Shown piece by piece: positions 24,203 to 36,575 of a stretch of DNA of 64,000 bases. The notes under the pieces are model-generated. The model saw nothing but the letters and a program-made list of their open reading frames with translations, ran no database searches and was not told where the DNA came from. Position numbers and translations under genes: made by a program. How positions within the stretch are numbered: position 1 is the first letter of the stretch; each line of letters begins with the position of its first letter. The DNA comes from Takakia lepidozioides (taxonomy: Eukaryota; Plantae; Bryophyta): positions 66,960,001 to 67,024,000 of the forward strand of contig CM060733.1 in NCBI GenBank assembly GCA_030704615.1, written 5' to 3'.

Positions 24203-27200
24203 ATGCGGCATAGTGGTAGCATAGAGTTTGTAGAAGGTCAGGCGACTCCGGCAAAGAGGAGGACGCGGGATTTTGGGAAGCCGCCGACGACACGACTTAA
24301 GCTCCGTCTCATGCATGAAATGCAGACCTCGTTATCCGGAGACTCGGATCGCCCACCAGTGAGAGATTCGTGCTTCGCGGATGTGAAGCACTCCATACGC
24401 AATATTCCTTTTACACCTTTTTTTTGGCGTGCAGTGTTTCATGTTTTCCTGTTTGTTTGACATGGGAGCTGGGGAGGGATCGCAGGGGGGCGAGGCAACA
24501 CAGTCAACTTTGGATACTCCTGCCCGGGTGCTGCGCTCACAAGGTGGAAGTGCATCGAGGCAGACGAGTCCTCATTCAACACCTCAGATATCGCCTCCGA
24601 AAAGCCCACCTAGAGTTCGGAAGCCGAGAAAGCAGAAGGAGCCCATGGCTTCGCTAGTAAAACCCCTAGGGAGACTGGAAGCGGAGATATTGGGTTTGCA
24701 GTCAATTTCAGAAAACACAGATGCGGTGGAGGCCGCTGGAGATGTGGGAGTCGGATCTGCAGAAGGGCGGCCCATTCAACTGACAGAAGGAGAGGACGAT
24801 AACGTGGTACGACTTGGCGACGATCAGAACCTGCTGGAGCTTGCGGAGGAGCAAAACCTCCAGGACAGTACACAGGCTGGTGAGAGGGGAGGGAAGTGAC
24901 AGAGGTGATACAAGTAAGAAACTGGTGGCGGGTATGCTCATGAGCGCACGAGACATGAACATAGCAGCAAACAGGTTGCTGGCAGAGACTCATAGCAACA
25001 TAGGCCGCGTTTTGGGCTCCATGGTGTATCCGGAGAACCTCAAAGTTCCTTTGTGTCGCATGGTAAGCCTTCCAGTTGTAAGGCAAGCACTGCCAGGGGA
25101 TATCGATGACTGAAGCACAACTTCAGAGAAGGGTACAGACGGGGGTCGGCAGCATTCTACGTTTCCATTGAGAATGACCAGGGTGTCACAAGGGGCCCCA
25201 CTGCAGAGGAGCTTCAGAATTGGGGCCCCCACTGGCACACTGTTAATGCCGAGTTTGAAGCCTATCTGAAGACTAATCCCACATTCGCACACATGGAAGG
25301 GAAGATGTTCTTCGTTTGGGACGGGAACCACAGGATGCTTGCCTGGACAGAGTACATTGCTGAAATGCATCCGCAAGATATCAGTTGGCATTACATGGTG
25401 GACTGCATTGTCGTGAAGGTGGACGTCAGGGACAGAGGACTGTTGAAGGGTGCCATGGCGGATATAAATCTGTAAGTATACAATTACATCCTTGTGTACT
25501 GCCTATTGCGGCGCCGAAATAGGCAATGTTCACCACTGTCATGCACTCTATGAACTGGAAATTGGATTGCTGTGCCGAAATCATATTTTCATGTTGTTTT
25601 TTTTCTCCATGGCAGGGTAACAGAGAGGGCCTTCGTGGAAACTCATCTGGCACATACGCTCTACAGAGTGCAAGAAGTGGGGACAGCTCCGCTGATGGAC
25701 TTCCAAAAGTCCCTCGATCCCGAGCTGTACAGGAAGTCCCTAGCGAAAGCAGATCGCACCTGGTACCGACCAACACTGGACGCCATGGTGGAGATCCTCT
25801 ATTCGGTGAGGTTCATCTCAAATTTCAGTATCAATTTAATGTTATTTGTTGCAGGGATCCGTGGCCTGACTGTATCTGCTGGGTATGGGAATGCAGACGA
25901 ACATCAGGGATGACTTGGCCTATGCCAAAAGGCAGTTCTTTGAGAATGATGCCCCCAACAAGGCGGACGCGTCGATAGAGAGTCATATTGTGCAGGCAAG
26001 GAAGCAATCCCGGACCAAGTACAGGTCCAAACTTGTTAAGCAAGTTGCAATCGCTGACCCTGGTCTTGGTGCCGAGTTCCTGGCGGAGATAGGACTGCAT
26101 TACTCCAGACCCATGAAACCGGAAATGTCCATGGAGAAACTTCATCACATCGCAGTGTCCTGTGTTGAGCCGGCGGAGAAGGTAAGCATGTGTTTATTCT
26201 TGTTTGTGACTTCTCGCGATTCTTATGTTGGAGTTCTTGTCTGACCGATGTGAGGTGGCTGCAGACGAGGTGGCTGCGAATCTGGAACGGCCATACAAAC
26301 ACGAAGCTGCTGTACCACTTTCCCATCGAGCCAACAGACGACAAAATGAACGACTGGCTCAATGTCATGACTTGGTGGCATCAGGTATAATTTTCTCCTA
26401 TTCTGTGTTGGACATCGTCGCAATTTCAAAATCATGAATGTTTTGGAAACCTGCCATGATGCAGGTACTGACCCACGCCCAGGAGCAATTGGACTGCAAC
26501 ACCACCACTTTCAAGTTACAGATCGACTGGACGAAGCCTGAGACAATGGAGAACTACGTGCAGTCGTGGCGAGGGCGCTTCGCAAACCTCTTTTTCAGAG
26601 AAATTGCAAAGGCAAGACGCAGCGTATACATCGAAGAGCAGGAGGGTGCCGACAAAGCGGCAATGCGTGTCCTGTTCAGGTAATCTGCTGACAATGCATC
26701 CCCCTATTTGCAGTTTAGATGATTTGGTTAAGCAGCGATGGATATTGCGGCGCCGAAATATACCTCTGCAAGATGTGAGTTCTGGGTAATTGGGGCACGG
26801 TCCACTCCGTATTTTGGTGCCGAAATACCTTGTGCATTGACAACTTCCACTTGCATGATGCATCGGTAGAATGATTTTTGTTGAACTGCCTCGTGATTGC
26901 AGGTACATAAACTTTGCACTCATTCCGTCCGGAGCCATTCAAAGGGTTCCACCATTCTTCCTGGCGTGGAGGACACCTGGAGGTCGTGGAACGATGTACA
27001 CAGAAGTAATGGCGAAGGAGTGGCATGCCGAGCATTTGGTAGACTGCCCCTGGTATGTGGATCTCCCAAGTGGGACCGTTGACCTCTCGGAGGTTAACTT
27101 GAAGAAGGAAGCGAATGCCAGGGCTATGAAGGCGCAATCGGATCCCCAACCAGAGGACGCGGAAAGACTGAAAGCAGAGGAGGCAGCCAAGCAGAAAGCA

Positions 27201-29368
27201 CTGAGAAAGTCAGCCAAGGCGGCAGCGTTGGCGAAGGAGCAGATGGAGAAGCAGGCAGCTGAGCAGCCCAAGGACAGGAAGAAAAGAACGCGCAAACAGG
27301 GGCAAGAGACGAAGACCCCCACACCCAAGAAGAAGAAGCAGCAACACAGTCAGCCAGATGAGGAGGATTCCGACGACGATTTCCAGCAGGAAAACACCCA
27401 GGGGGCCACACCTCGTCCGAAAATTCACAAGGGCCAGCGCTCCGGGGGGTCGGCTGCGAAGAGATCACTATACGAGGATGCACCTGGCAGACCCTACCGT
27501 GCGGTGCACATTGCGGGCAGGGAAGTCCTCAAAACACCCACAATTGTGGAGTGTGTTAATGAAAATTTCCTAACTGCTCTGACCAGAAGGCTGGAGATAA
27601 CGAGATTGAGGAAGGCGATCGAGGCCCACCAGGGGAAGGGGAAGAGGAAGGCCACTGGCAATGATATGGAGGACACTCCTGGCTACACAAAGATGATGGA
27701 GTATTTTGTGGCGATGAGCCACGGCAAAAAGAGCACAGTCGGGGGCAGGGCGGTGAAAGCCTCCATCGACATGATCCTTGTGGATATCCCGGATGGGCAG
27801 GAGATACTGGGGCTGGGCTCAGTTCCCTGGTGGAACAAGTACGACGAAAGATACTGGAGCCACACATTCGGGTTCGCAGCCAACATGTTGGACGACGTTG
27901 GCTGTGTTGTTGTGCTAGCAGCCGATGGAGAAGTCACTGAGAATGATATCAAAGTATGGACGGGGAGAAGTGCAGCACCCATCCTGAAAAAGATCTGGAC
28001 TTGCATCAACACGCAGGGTCTTCTCAACGATGGCCAGAAGGTATGCTGTGGTTCTCCTCTGCTATGTCAATTTCTGCGCCGAAATTGCCCCTGTACGTGT
28101 AGGCCACCTCTGACGTTTTCATTTCCTTCTCTGCAGACTCTTATCTTTCAGGCATTTTGCTTCGTGAAGGAACATTCGAAATTCAAATTACGTGAAGCAG
28201 GAAACTTTTTGATTCCACAGTTGATCCACTGGAGTATAACGTCCTGTTCAACCATGTGGGAGAGAAGGACATTCTTTGTGATTTGTCGGGCAAGCCATGG
28301 AGGTATGGCAGGACCAAGAGTCCTGCATTCATCCAGACGCTCATGGAAACGTGTACGGATGTTGAAGGCAGGGTCCTTGACGTCACTGCAAATACAGGTG
28401 AGAACGTTAATTGAATGCGGCACCGAAATTGACACCATTTCCGTTTCTGTATGTTTGCTTGTGCGAGGAAGCGACTCATTCTTGAGTTTGGCTGTGGTTG
28501 TGTCGTATGAATTCGCAGGTGCCTGTATGTGGGCGGGAAGGATGTCGAACCGATTTGTGTTCTCATTTGAGGGGGATACGGCCTTGTACGATTACAATTT
28601 GGCGGGCCTTCAGCGTCTGCCTCCGACTGAGGATCCCAAAAACGCAGAAGAGGACGTGGAAGGAGAGGAGGAAGATGAAGAGGAGGAAGTCCGGGAAATT
28701 CGTTCGATGCAGGGGCGCCCGAAGCCGCTTCCCCCAATGCCTGTCTTCGAGTGAGTTGCACCATAGTAAGTGTATTGGTTTCGGTTGTAGGGACCATGCA
28801 ACCTGCCGATGATTCCCTGTTTGAATTCTCTAATGTACTTCATTCTATGTTTGTGCGTACACTCAGCCTTGCAGAGTCGTCCAACGAGGAGAAGCTGGGA
28901 GACTTGCCCGAATCGGACCCTGTTGCAGAGGAGGAGACAGAATCGCATCGGCCATTCTTTGCCAGAAAATCGTTTCTCGCGAGTCCCCAGAAGCCCTTTT
29001 TTCTACCAGCCTATGCAGACACGGCTGCCAAAGAAGCCATCAGGAGGGAGGATAGGCCTACTCGGTTAGAGCAATTGACATACGGGAATGAGCAGAGAAT
29101 TATAATGAGGCGTGAGGCCAAACATAGAATTGTGAAAGGCAGAGTAGGGAAGTTCGTAATAGAATCCGCGTCCGAGAGCGAGGGGAATGTTGAGGACACT
29201 TCCGCACCCAGGTGGACAGTTCCGGCTGGTGAGGATGGTATTTTTGAGGGGAGGGCTTCTCAGAGTAACAGCGGTAGCGGCAGTGCAGGTTCGGAGGCAG
29301 GTGGAAGGCAGCCATCCTTGCATGAGGGCGGGGATGCATCGGACAGTGATAGCGGATCCTCACCATAG
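24203..29368 (+). CDS. Accessory gene B: ParB/Srx-like plus beta-class amino-methyltransferase-like; multi-exon, with frameshifts
   Basis: LKVPLCRMVSLPVVRQALPGDID; VWDGNHRMLAW (DGNHR at 25320-25334); DMILVDIPDG (DIPD at 27783-27794); MLDDVGCVVVL; after frameshift repair TKSPAFIQTLMETCTDVEGRVLDVTANTG/ACMWAGRMSNRFVFSFEGD; intron positions match gene A. Confidence 0.8.
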
Positions 29369-30077
29369 CAAAGTCTCATTTGGATCCTTTTGTTGTACAG
29401 TTCTGAAACACTTAATGAAAATATTGACGATTTGAAAAATCATTGTGTTCAGACTGCTTGTCCATTCCCTACATTTCTTCCGCCAACCAAAATCTATAAT
29501 AAAAGCAGAAGAGACGCAAACTTCAGTGAAGAACCCTACAAGTAATTTATGCACACCATCGAGCCGGGAACTTGAAGACATGAAAACCCTGCCGTTTCTA
29601 ACATTCCTATTGGGAAATTTGGCGCCGAAATAGCCCAGTTTGCGCCTTCGTTATATGGGCCTCAAAAATTCCACGGATGAATTATTGCACCAAAATATTG
29701 CGATGGAAGCCTTCAGCACAAGGCACTTCACCACATTCCACTTGGGTATTTCGGCGCCGAAATTGCCTATTCTGCGCCTTTAAATACCGCACTATATCAC
29801 ATTTTAAGAGGTAATTTCGGTGCCGAAATACCCCGGTGGATGTCTTCAAAACACCATTTCAGCACACTGCTCTTGGGAATAACGGCGCCGAAATTCCTCA
29901 TTCCGCATCCTGGACCAGGAGAAACAGACCCTATTAGCGAGGTAAGAGGACATAACACCGTCAATAAAGGCAGGAAAATTCCAATTCCGCGGATGCCCGC
30001 TCATGAGCTCATAGGCTCATAGGCTCATGGGCTCATGCGCTCATGAAATAGTAAACCTCGGGGGGGGGGGGGGGGGG

Positions 30078-30985
30078 TGTGTGCTTAAGGAGTGTATGTC
30101 AGCATGCTCCAAAACAGCCAATGTGGTTGTTCGGGGTGAGTTTGGCATTCCATCCTTAAGCTCCCGACGAGATGAATTCAAGGTCAGATGGTGGGGTCAG
30201 CTGCAACATATGCCCAACACCAGATATCCTAAGTTGATCGACTCTATATCTTGGAAACAGGACCGCCCTGTCAAATAGGCTAAGTCCTGGCAGAAGAGAG
30301 TAGAAAAGATTCTCAAGGACCTGCACCTGGATCCGTAAGTCTTGACCCTGCTGGATAAATCTGCCTTAGAGGCTGTAGTGTCTGAAGCCATGTTTGTTGC
30401 CATGAGATTGTCTGATGAAATGAAGTTAGGCAGAGAACTTCCCTGAACTTCTTTCTAGTCAGTGACATGGGGGTGGACATCTTGGATGACCTCAAGGGTC
30501 TACCCACTCTCGGCACTAGACTGAAATTTAAACTCAGGGCAGGAAGCAAGCCTACCTTTGAACAGCAAACAGAAGCAGAGAGGAAAGGGAGAGTGCAATT
30601 GTCCGTTGTGTGGGCAATCTGAAGACAATATTCATTTTTTGATACACTGTCCGGGGTTCTCTCACCAAAGAGATGTTGTCTTCAATTCAATCAAGGGAAT
30701 TGTGCCTGTACCCTTGTTCACCAACTTTGAAAGTTGAGAGGCTGAGCCAAAAGCCCAGGCCTTCCTGAGGCCTAGTTTTTGGGCAAATCACACACAGCAG
30801 ATTGATGCTTGTGCGAAGGGTTTTCTAGAGGATATCTGGAAAACCCGGATTAAATCTTTATATGAAGGTAAGTCTTACTACCAACGTCAACCCCTGACTG
30901 AGGTAGGTTCTGTTCCTTTTGTTCCCGCTCAAACTGGGCGTGGGTTCAATGGCCAGAAGGCTACGGCAAACAACGTCTTATGAGT
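30078..30985 (+). mobile_element. LINE 3' fragment (post-RT region and CCHC finger), copy 1
   Basis: VVRGEFGIPSL..RWWGQL; RLKFKLRAG..CPLCG..HFLIHCP; in-frame stops. Confidence 0.75.
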
Positions 30986-30994
30986 ACAATGTAT

Positions 30995-32037
30995 AATGGG
31001 GTGTCCATTTCCCCCATTTTACACCATGTTAGGAGGGAAGTACGAAGTGCCACCAGGCTTTGTCATTGAATTCTCCAAATTATGTCCCCGGCAATCAAGT
31101 TTTTCTTGAAGGGGTGTTGCCTGTGGAGTGAACTAAAGTGTTCATTCACCTTGTTGCAAGGTGCTTGTAGGCTTTTCTTTAAGGGGGGACCTGCCTTGGA
31201 GTACAGATCTGCTATATGGGTTGATAGCTCCAACCAGGCTAAGTCTCTAGAATCCATTCAAGTGGGGGTGCTTAAGGAGTGTATGTCAGCATGCTCCAAA
31301 ACAGCCAATGTGGTTGTTCGGGGTGAGTTTGGCATTCCATCCTTAAGCTCCCGACGAGATGAATTCAAGGTCAGATGGTGGGGTCAGCTGCAACATATGC
31401 CCAACACCAGATATCCTAAGTTGATCGACTCTATATCTTGGAAACAGGACCGCCCTGTCAAATAGGCTAAGTCCTGGCAGAAGAGAGTAGAAAAGATTCT
31501 CAAGGACCTGCACCTGGATCCGCAAGTCTTGACCCTGTTGGATAAATCTGCCTTAGAGGCTGTAGTGTCTGAAGCCATGTTTGTTGCCATGAGATTGTCT
31601 GATGAAATGAAGTTAGGCAGAGAACTTCCCTGAACTTCTTTCTAGTCAGTGACATGGGGGTGGACATCTTGGATGACCTCAAGGGTCTACCCACTCTCGG
31701 CACTAGACTGAAATTTAAACTCAGGGCAGGAAGCAAGCCTACCTTTGAACAGCAAACAGAAGCAGAGGGAAAGGGAGAGTGCAATTGTCCGTTGTGTGGG
31801 CAATCTAAAGACAATATTCATTTTTTGATACACTGTCCGGGGTTCTCTCACCAAAGAGACGTTGTCTTCAATTCAATCAAGGGAATTGTGCCTGTACCCC
31901 TGTTCACCAACTTTGAAAGTTGAGAGGCTGAGCCAAAAGCCCAGGCCTTCCTGAGGCCTAGTTTTTGGGCAAATCACACACAGCAGATTGATGCTTGTGT
32001 GAAGGGTTTTCTAGAGGATATCTGGAAAACCCGGATT
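30995..32037 (+). mobile_element. LINE 3' fragment, copy 2 (31268-32037 nearly identical to 30081-30851)
   Basis: LEYRSAIW..LESIQ then the same sequence as copy 1. Confidence 0.75.
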
Positions 32038-32709
32038 ATTGGATTACTAGAAAACCCGGATTACCCGAACCTGGCAAAGTTGTGAAGTGGGTGGGGTCCT
32101 CATTTTACATACCAATCTGTAACTGTGGATAGAGGAGGGTCTGATCAGAGTTGTCGTGCAATGATGATGTCAGGGCAGTATTTGAAACTGCAATAGTGAG
32201 AGTGAGTGTGAGTGTTAACATGACTTTTTGTGGTCATTAACATAGGGTAGTGTTGTGCTGGTGATTACTCTTCTGCATTAGCTGCATTTGTCACTCAGCT
32301 CTCTGTATTACTGCAGACATAGTGACTAGGTTAGTGGGCGCGGGGATACCAATATTGGTTGCATCCCAACAGTATGTCTAACAAACCTCTGTTCAATCAC
32401 TGTTGTCACAGAATGGTATGTCGCTCGTCAGGTTGACCATGCTAGCATACTGAGCTGGTACATGACAAATGCAGGCAAAGGAGCAAGGCCGAAGTCCATC
32501 GTTGCATGAAATCCAGGAAGGTTCAGTAAGCAGAACATTGACCAGCGAGCGGATGGTGAGATCCACGTGATCATTCTTTCTCCCATTTTTTGTCGATTAT
32601 TTTGTTCTAGGCATTTTCCCTACCAACGGCATGATGTTCTCATGTTGTTCATGGACTTGCGTGGACCTGGCAGGAGGGGACCTCTGGGTATTCAGCAATT
32701 GCTCGCAAA

Positions 32710-33862
32710 GTGGAGGATATGGAAAGAGCACAGGGTGCACAACACAAAGATATGATGGATTTGAAGGCTACAATATCGCATGTGATGATGTACCAGAAGG
32801 CCATGGCTGAGAAATTTGGGATCAGCATTTCCTCACCTTCCTTAGTGGGCTCATCCATAGCAAACAGCTCGTGCATCGCTGGCCCTTCAGCCTCAAGACG
32901 TCTGGAGGACAGGTTTGACTTGCCTGGCATGTCACCAGGTAACGTCACTCCCGTTGATGCATTCGAGGATGATGTGCAGGTGGAGCATGTTGGCCCAGGT
33001 GGAGGGGACAACACCCCTACCAAGGAACTTACGCGTCCTCGTGCAGTTCTGTCACACTGTGCGGTAGCGGAGGCGCATGCAGAACTCCGGCCTGCTGCTG
33101 TCGCGGTGGGGGCATCTGAGACAACCCTGGACATTGACCTTGTTTCCCCGCGGGCAGATATTACCCAGCAACCCACGGTTGTCACTTCCACTCCCAACCT
33201 TCAATTCATGTCGGAGAATGTCGTGCACACAATAGTGGAGAAGGGCAAGCATTTGCTCATCCTAGATATTAATGGATTGCTGTGTGAGTGCGTCCATGTC
33301 GGGAGCGGTAATGCGTTTGTGGTTCCAAATGGCCTTGAGCACAAATTATGTGGTAGCAAGATGGTCGTTGTAAGGCCTGGTTGCAAAGCTTTTTTGGACA
33401 AGTGTTTTGAACACTTTGAAGTGGCAGCATGGTCTTGTATGCAACCACGTAACTTCCTACCCACAGTGGACTGGCTTTTCCATGGGCACCGTGACCTTGC
33501 ATTCAAGTGAGATGGGGGATATTGTGAGCAGTCCACTGACATGGATGGGAGCCTGCCCATGAAACCACGGTTTCTGAAGAACCTATCTACAGTGTGGCGG
33601 GACAACTGTGTCTGGAATCCTGAAACCACTCTTCTTGTTGACACACACCGCACAAGGGGTCAAAAAATCCAGCATACAGCGCCATTTTCCCACTGCCTTG
33701 GAGAAGTCGTTCTGTAGAGGCGCACAATGATAATTTCCTTCTGACCAGCTTATGGCCCTTCTTGGAGGGGGCAGCTAAGGCTCCGAGCATTCCAGAATAT
33801 CTCAAAGGGCAACCCACATTTGGGCAACAAGCTATCAGCCCTCGAGCCATTCAGCCTCGCCA
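32710..33862 (+). pseudogene. FCP1/NIF-like (HAD-fold) phosphatase-domain gene with a premature stop
   Basis: HLLILDINGLL..VVRPGCKAFLDKCFEHFEVAAWS; stop at 33508; continues FLKNLSTVW..ETTLLVD..NPAYSAIFP. Confidence 0.7.
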
Positions 33863-34339
33863 GGTAACATACTTTGTAGTGTGGTACACAGTGCCAGACA
33901 TTAGAGGCATTTTTGTGTGACTCCCTTGTGCCATTGCCAGCCTCATTTGTGCTTAAGTTGTGGCAGTAAAACATGTTGTGATAGAGTTTGTCAAATTTTG
34001 TCGCAGTGTCAACTGTAGGCATTGACAGTTTGGGTGCATCTTATTGTGTTAGTGTAATTTGAGTTCCCAGTGTAGATAATATACATTTTTGGTGCTTGTT
34101 GGTTGGTTGTAGGTGCTTGGCCACGAACGAGGCCCCCCAAATCAAAGGGCAGCACACCTTCACCCTTTGAGGAAGCCGACACCACTGATCCCTGATTCGC
34201 AGAATGGGGTAAGTGTATGCATCTGCTATTCTCCCCTTCCCGACCTGGATAGACAAATTGTTATTAGCTCCTTGTAGACCTTGTAGACACAATACGTTCC
34301 ACGATCCATGTTCCACAATTCTCATGCAATCTGCCATGT

Positions 34340-34638
34340 TTGGGCTGGGATGGCAGTTCGTGGTGGGAGACCATGTCAAGCTCATAGACACTGTTTCGCG
34401 ATCAACAGCCGGATCTGGCCGCATTGCTGGTCTCCAAGGGATGGAGGTGAGTGAAGGGTACCCTGTTGTGCCAGAAGGCTATGTGGCCATCCACATTGAT
34501 GATGTCCGCATTCCCAATGCCCCTCTACCATATCACAACAAATCCATGAAGCCTCATCACACTGAGTTGGGAGACACTGTAGGTTACATTACTGTGTGGA
34601 GTGACAAACTAGTGAAGACCTTGCAGACAAAGAGATGA
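34340..34638 (+). CDS. Tnp1/En-Spm (Transposase_23)-like domain, probably the last exon of the NIF-domain gene
   Basis: GSGRI..VPEGYVAIHIDDVRIPNAPLPY..TELGDTVGYITVW pattern. Confidence 0.5.
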
Positions 34639-35864
34639 GGCAGGTCGGCTAGCATCGTGGATTTCTTGGGGATTTCCACCTGTGCCTCATCCGGATTTGG
34701 CAACTACGGTAACTTATAGTAGTGACAGTTTCTCTGAATTGACTGTCCAATTTTGATAGCAATCACATGTTGGATTTTCTCATGCATGTTGTTGCAAACT
34801 TATGCCTCATTAATGAGCAATGTGGTGGTAGGTGGTATGTCCCATTGCACACACTATGGTTGGTTATGTTGTTGCTGTTCATATGTGGTTGATAATGGTG
34901 ATGCTGGATGGTGATGTTGCTGCTATTGTGGTCTTTCATAATTACGTCTATGCCACTTTTGTGCCACTTCTGTGCCTAAAGTCTTGCTGTATACATGATT
35001 GTGATGTTGTATGGCACATGCACGTGGCACCCTATTGGCTGCCTCTGTGGCATATCCACGTGTCCGTCTAGAGTCATAACCATGAGTACCGAACCCAATA
35101 TGATACGTGTATGAGCATATTACATTCCGACACGTGACCCCCTAAGGTCCCCGCGCAGTTGGTCCTATGATTCCATATGCAGAACGTCCAGTCAAATGTA
35201 TGTCTACGAAGCAGCACGTGAGGTTTAGAGGATCGTGCACGTGGCACCACCTGGGACTACAACGTCCTCATGGAATCCCCTGTTCATGGAATATACCGTA
35301 CTGCGCCAGTCGTAGGTATGACTGGCAAGAATCCACCACAGCTCTCAAAAGTCCAACACGTGGGCACACACGAACGTGGCATATGGTGTCCCCAGATGCT
35401 GCCACGTGTTGACCCCAAATTTCCCCCCATGAAGACATACATGTGACTGCGAAGCCCCGTCCCCCACAGTGACACGTAGCAATGATATGTCGCACCACGC
35501 GTTTCTTCTATGACGCGACACGTGCTGTCGTTTAATTCCCTTGTCCGCTGTCATAGCTGGCAGTGAGGGCTGGCGTCGCAGTCTGACATGTGGCATGTTC
35601 TGTAGCCACCACGTGTCTGTCTGACACCGCGGCTGACATGGACTACACTGTCCGTTCAGTCATTCAGTAATGCCTGCGTGTATGACTACCCCCACAGCTG
35701 CTCTGGCGCCACGTGACAGCCAGCCTGGAGAGTCATATCTGCCATGTCACAACTGACTAGGTCTTTACGTCTTCAGAGTCAGGAAGTCGTAAATGGCTTC
35801 CATGACTGCATTTGCAGTCATAACACAGAGACGTAAAAGCCGCTTTTTGTTGTAGTGGTTCTAA

Positions 35865-36240
35865 AGAGTGTAAATGTTTCACCTGGATGGAAATGCGGCG
35901 CCGCATTTCCATTCTAAATAGTATAAAGGTTTCACCTGGATGGAAATGCGGCACCGCATTTCTGTTGCAGAGAGTATAAAGGTATCACATAGACGGAAAT
36001 GCAGCAACGGATGTCCGTTCGGGAGAGTATTAAGGTTTCACCTGGACGGAAATGCGGTGTTGCATTTCCGTTCCACTGCTACATACCTTACTTGTGGGAC
36101 GGAAATGCGGCACAACATTTCCATTCTAGAGACTGTAAAGGTTTCACCTAGACGGAAATGCGGCACAGCATTTCCGTTCGGGAGACTAAAAAGGTTTCAC
36201 CTGGACGGAAATGTGGTGCCGCATTTCGGTTCCACTGTAA
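35865..36240. repeat. About 50-55 bp tandem units carrying the palindrome GGAAATGCGGCGCCGCATTTCC and decayed copies
   Basis: Exact copy at about 35889-35910; AAGGTTTCACCTGGA spacer repeated. Confidence 0.85.
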
Positions 36241-36575
36241 AACAGTGTTCGTTGACGCACACTGCTGGAGCTGCCAGGAAATTGTTGATTGAACCTCATA
36301 GAGATACCCTGTCTGGACGATTTTATTATGAAAAAAGCAGTGAGAAGGGGGGCTCGAACAGTGTGCATTGGCGCACACTATTTGAGCTTCAAATTAGGGG
36401 TGGATTGAACCAGATAGAGAGGCCCCTGTGTGCACCATTTCCACACCAAAAAGTGTGCGTTGACGCACACTGTTTGAGCTTCCAATTCGAGGTGGATTGA
36501 ACCTGCCATAGTGGCCCTATGTGGCCGTTTTGAACATCAAAAAACAAGCAAAATGGGGGGCTCAAACAAATTGGC

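Larger units (their letters stand above)
21494..30059. mobile_element. MULE-like element B (same plan as A), transposase interrupted by A
   Basis: Transposase 5' part (-), palindrome array, ParB-MTase gene (+), terminus (GCTCAT)n-GAAATAGTAAACCTC at 30059. Confidence 0.8.

Noticed and set aside
14645-29368. Bacterial or phage contamination as the source of the ParB/MTase genes
   Set aside because: Multiple conserved GT-AG introns and embedding in plant transposons.
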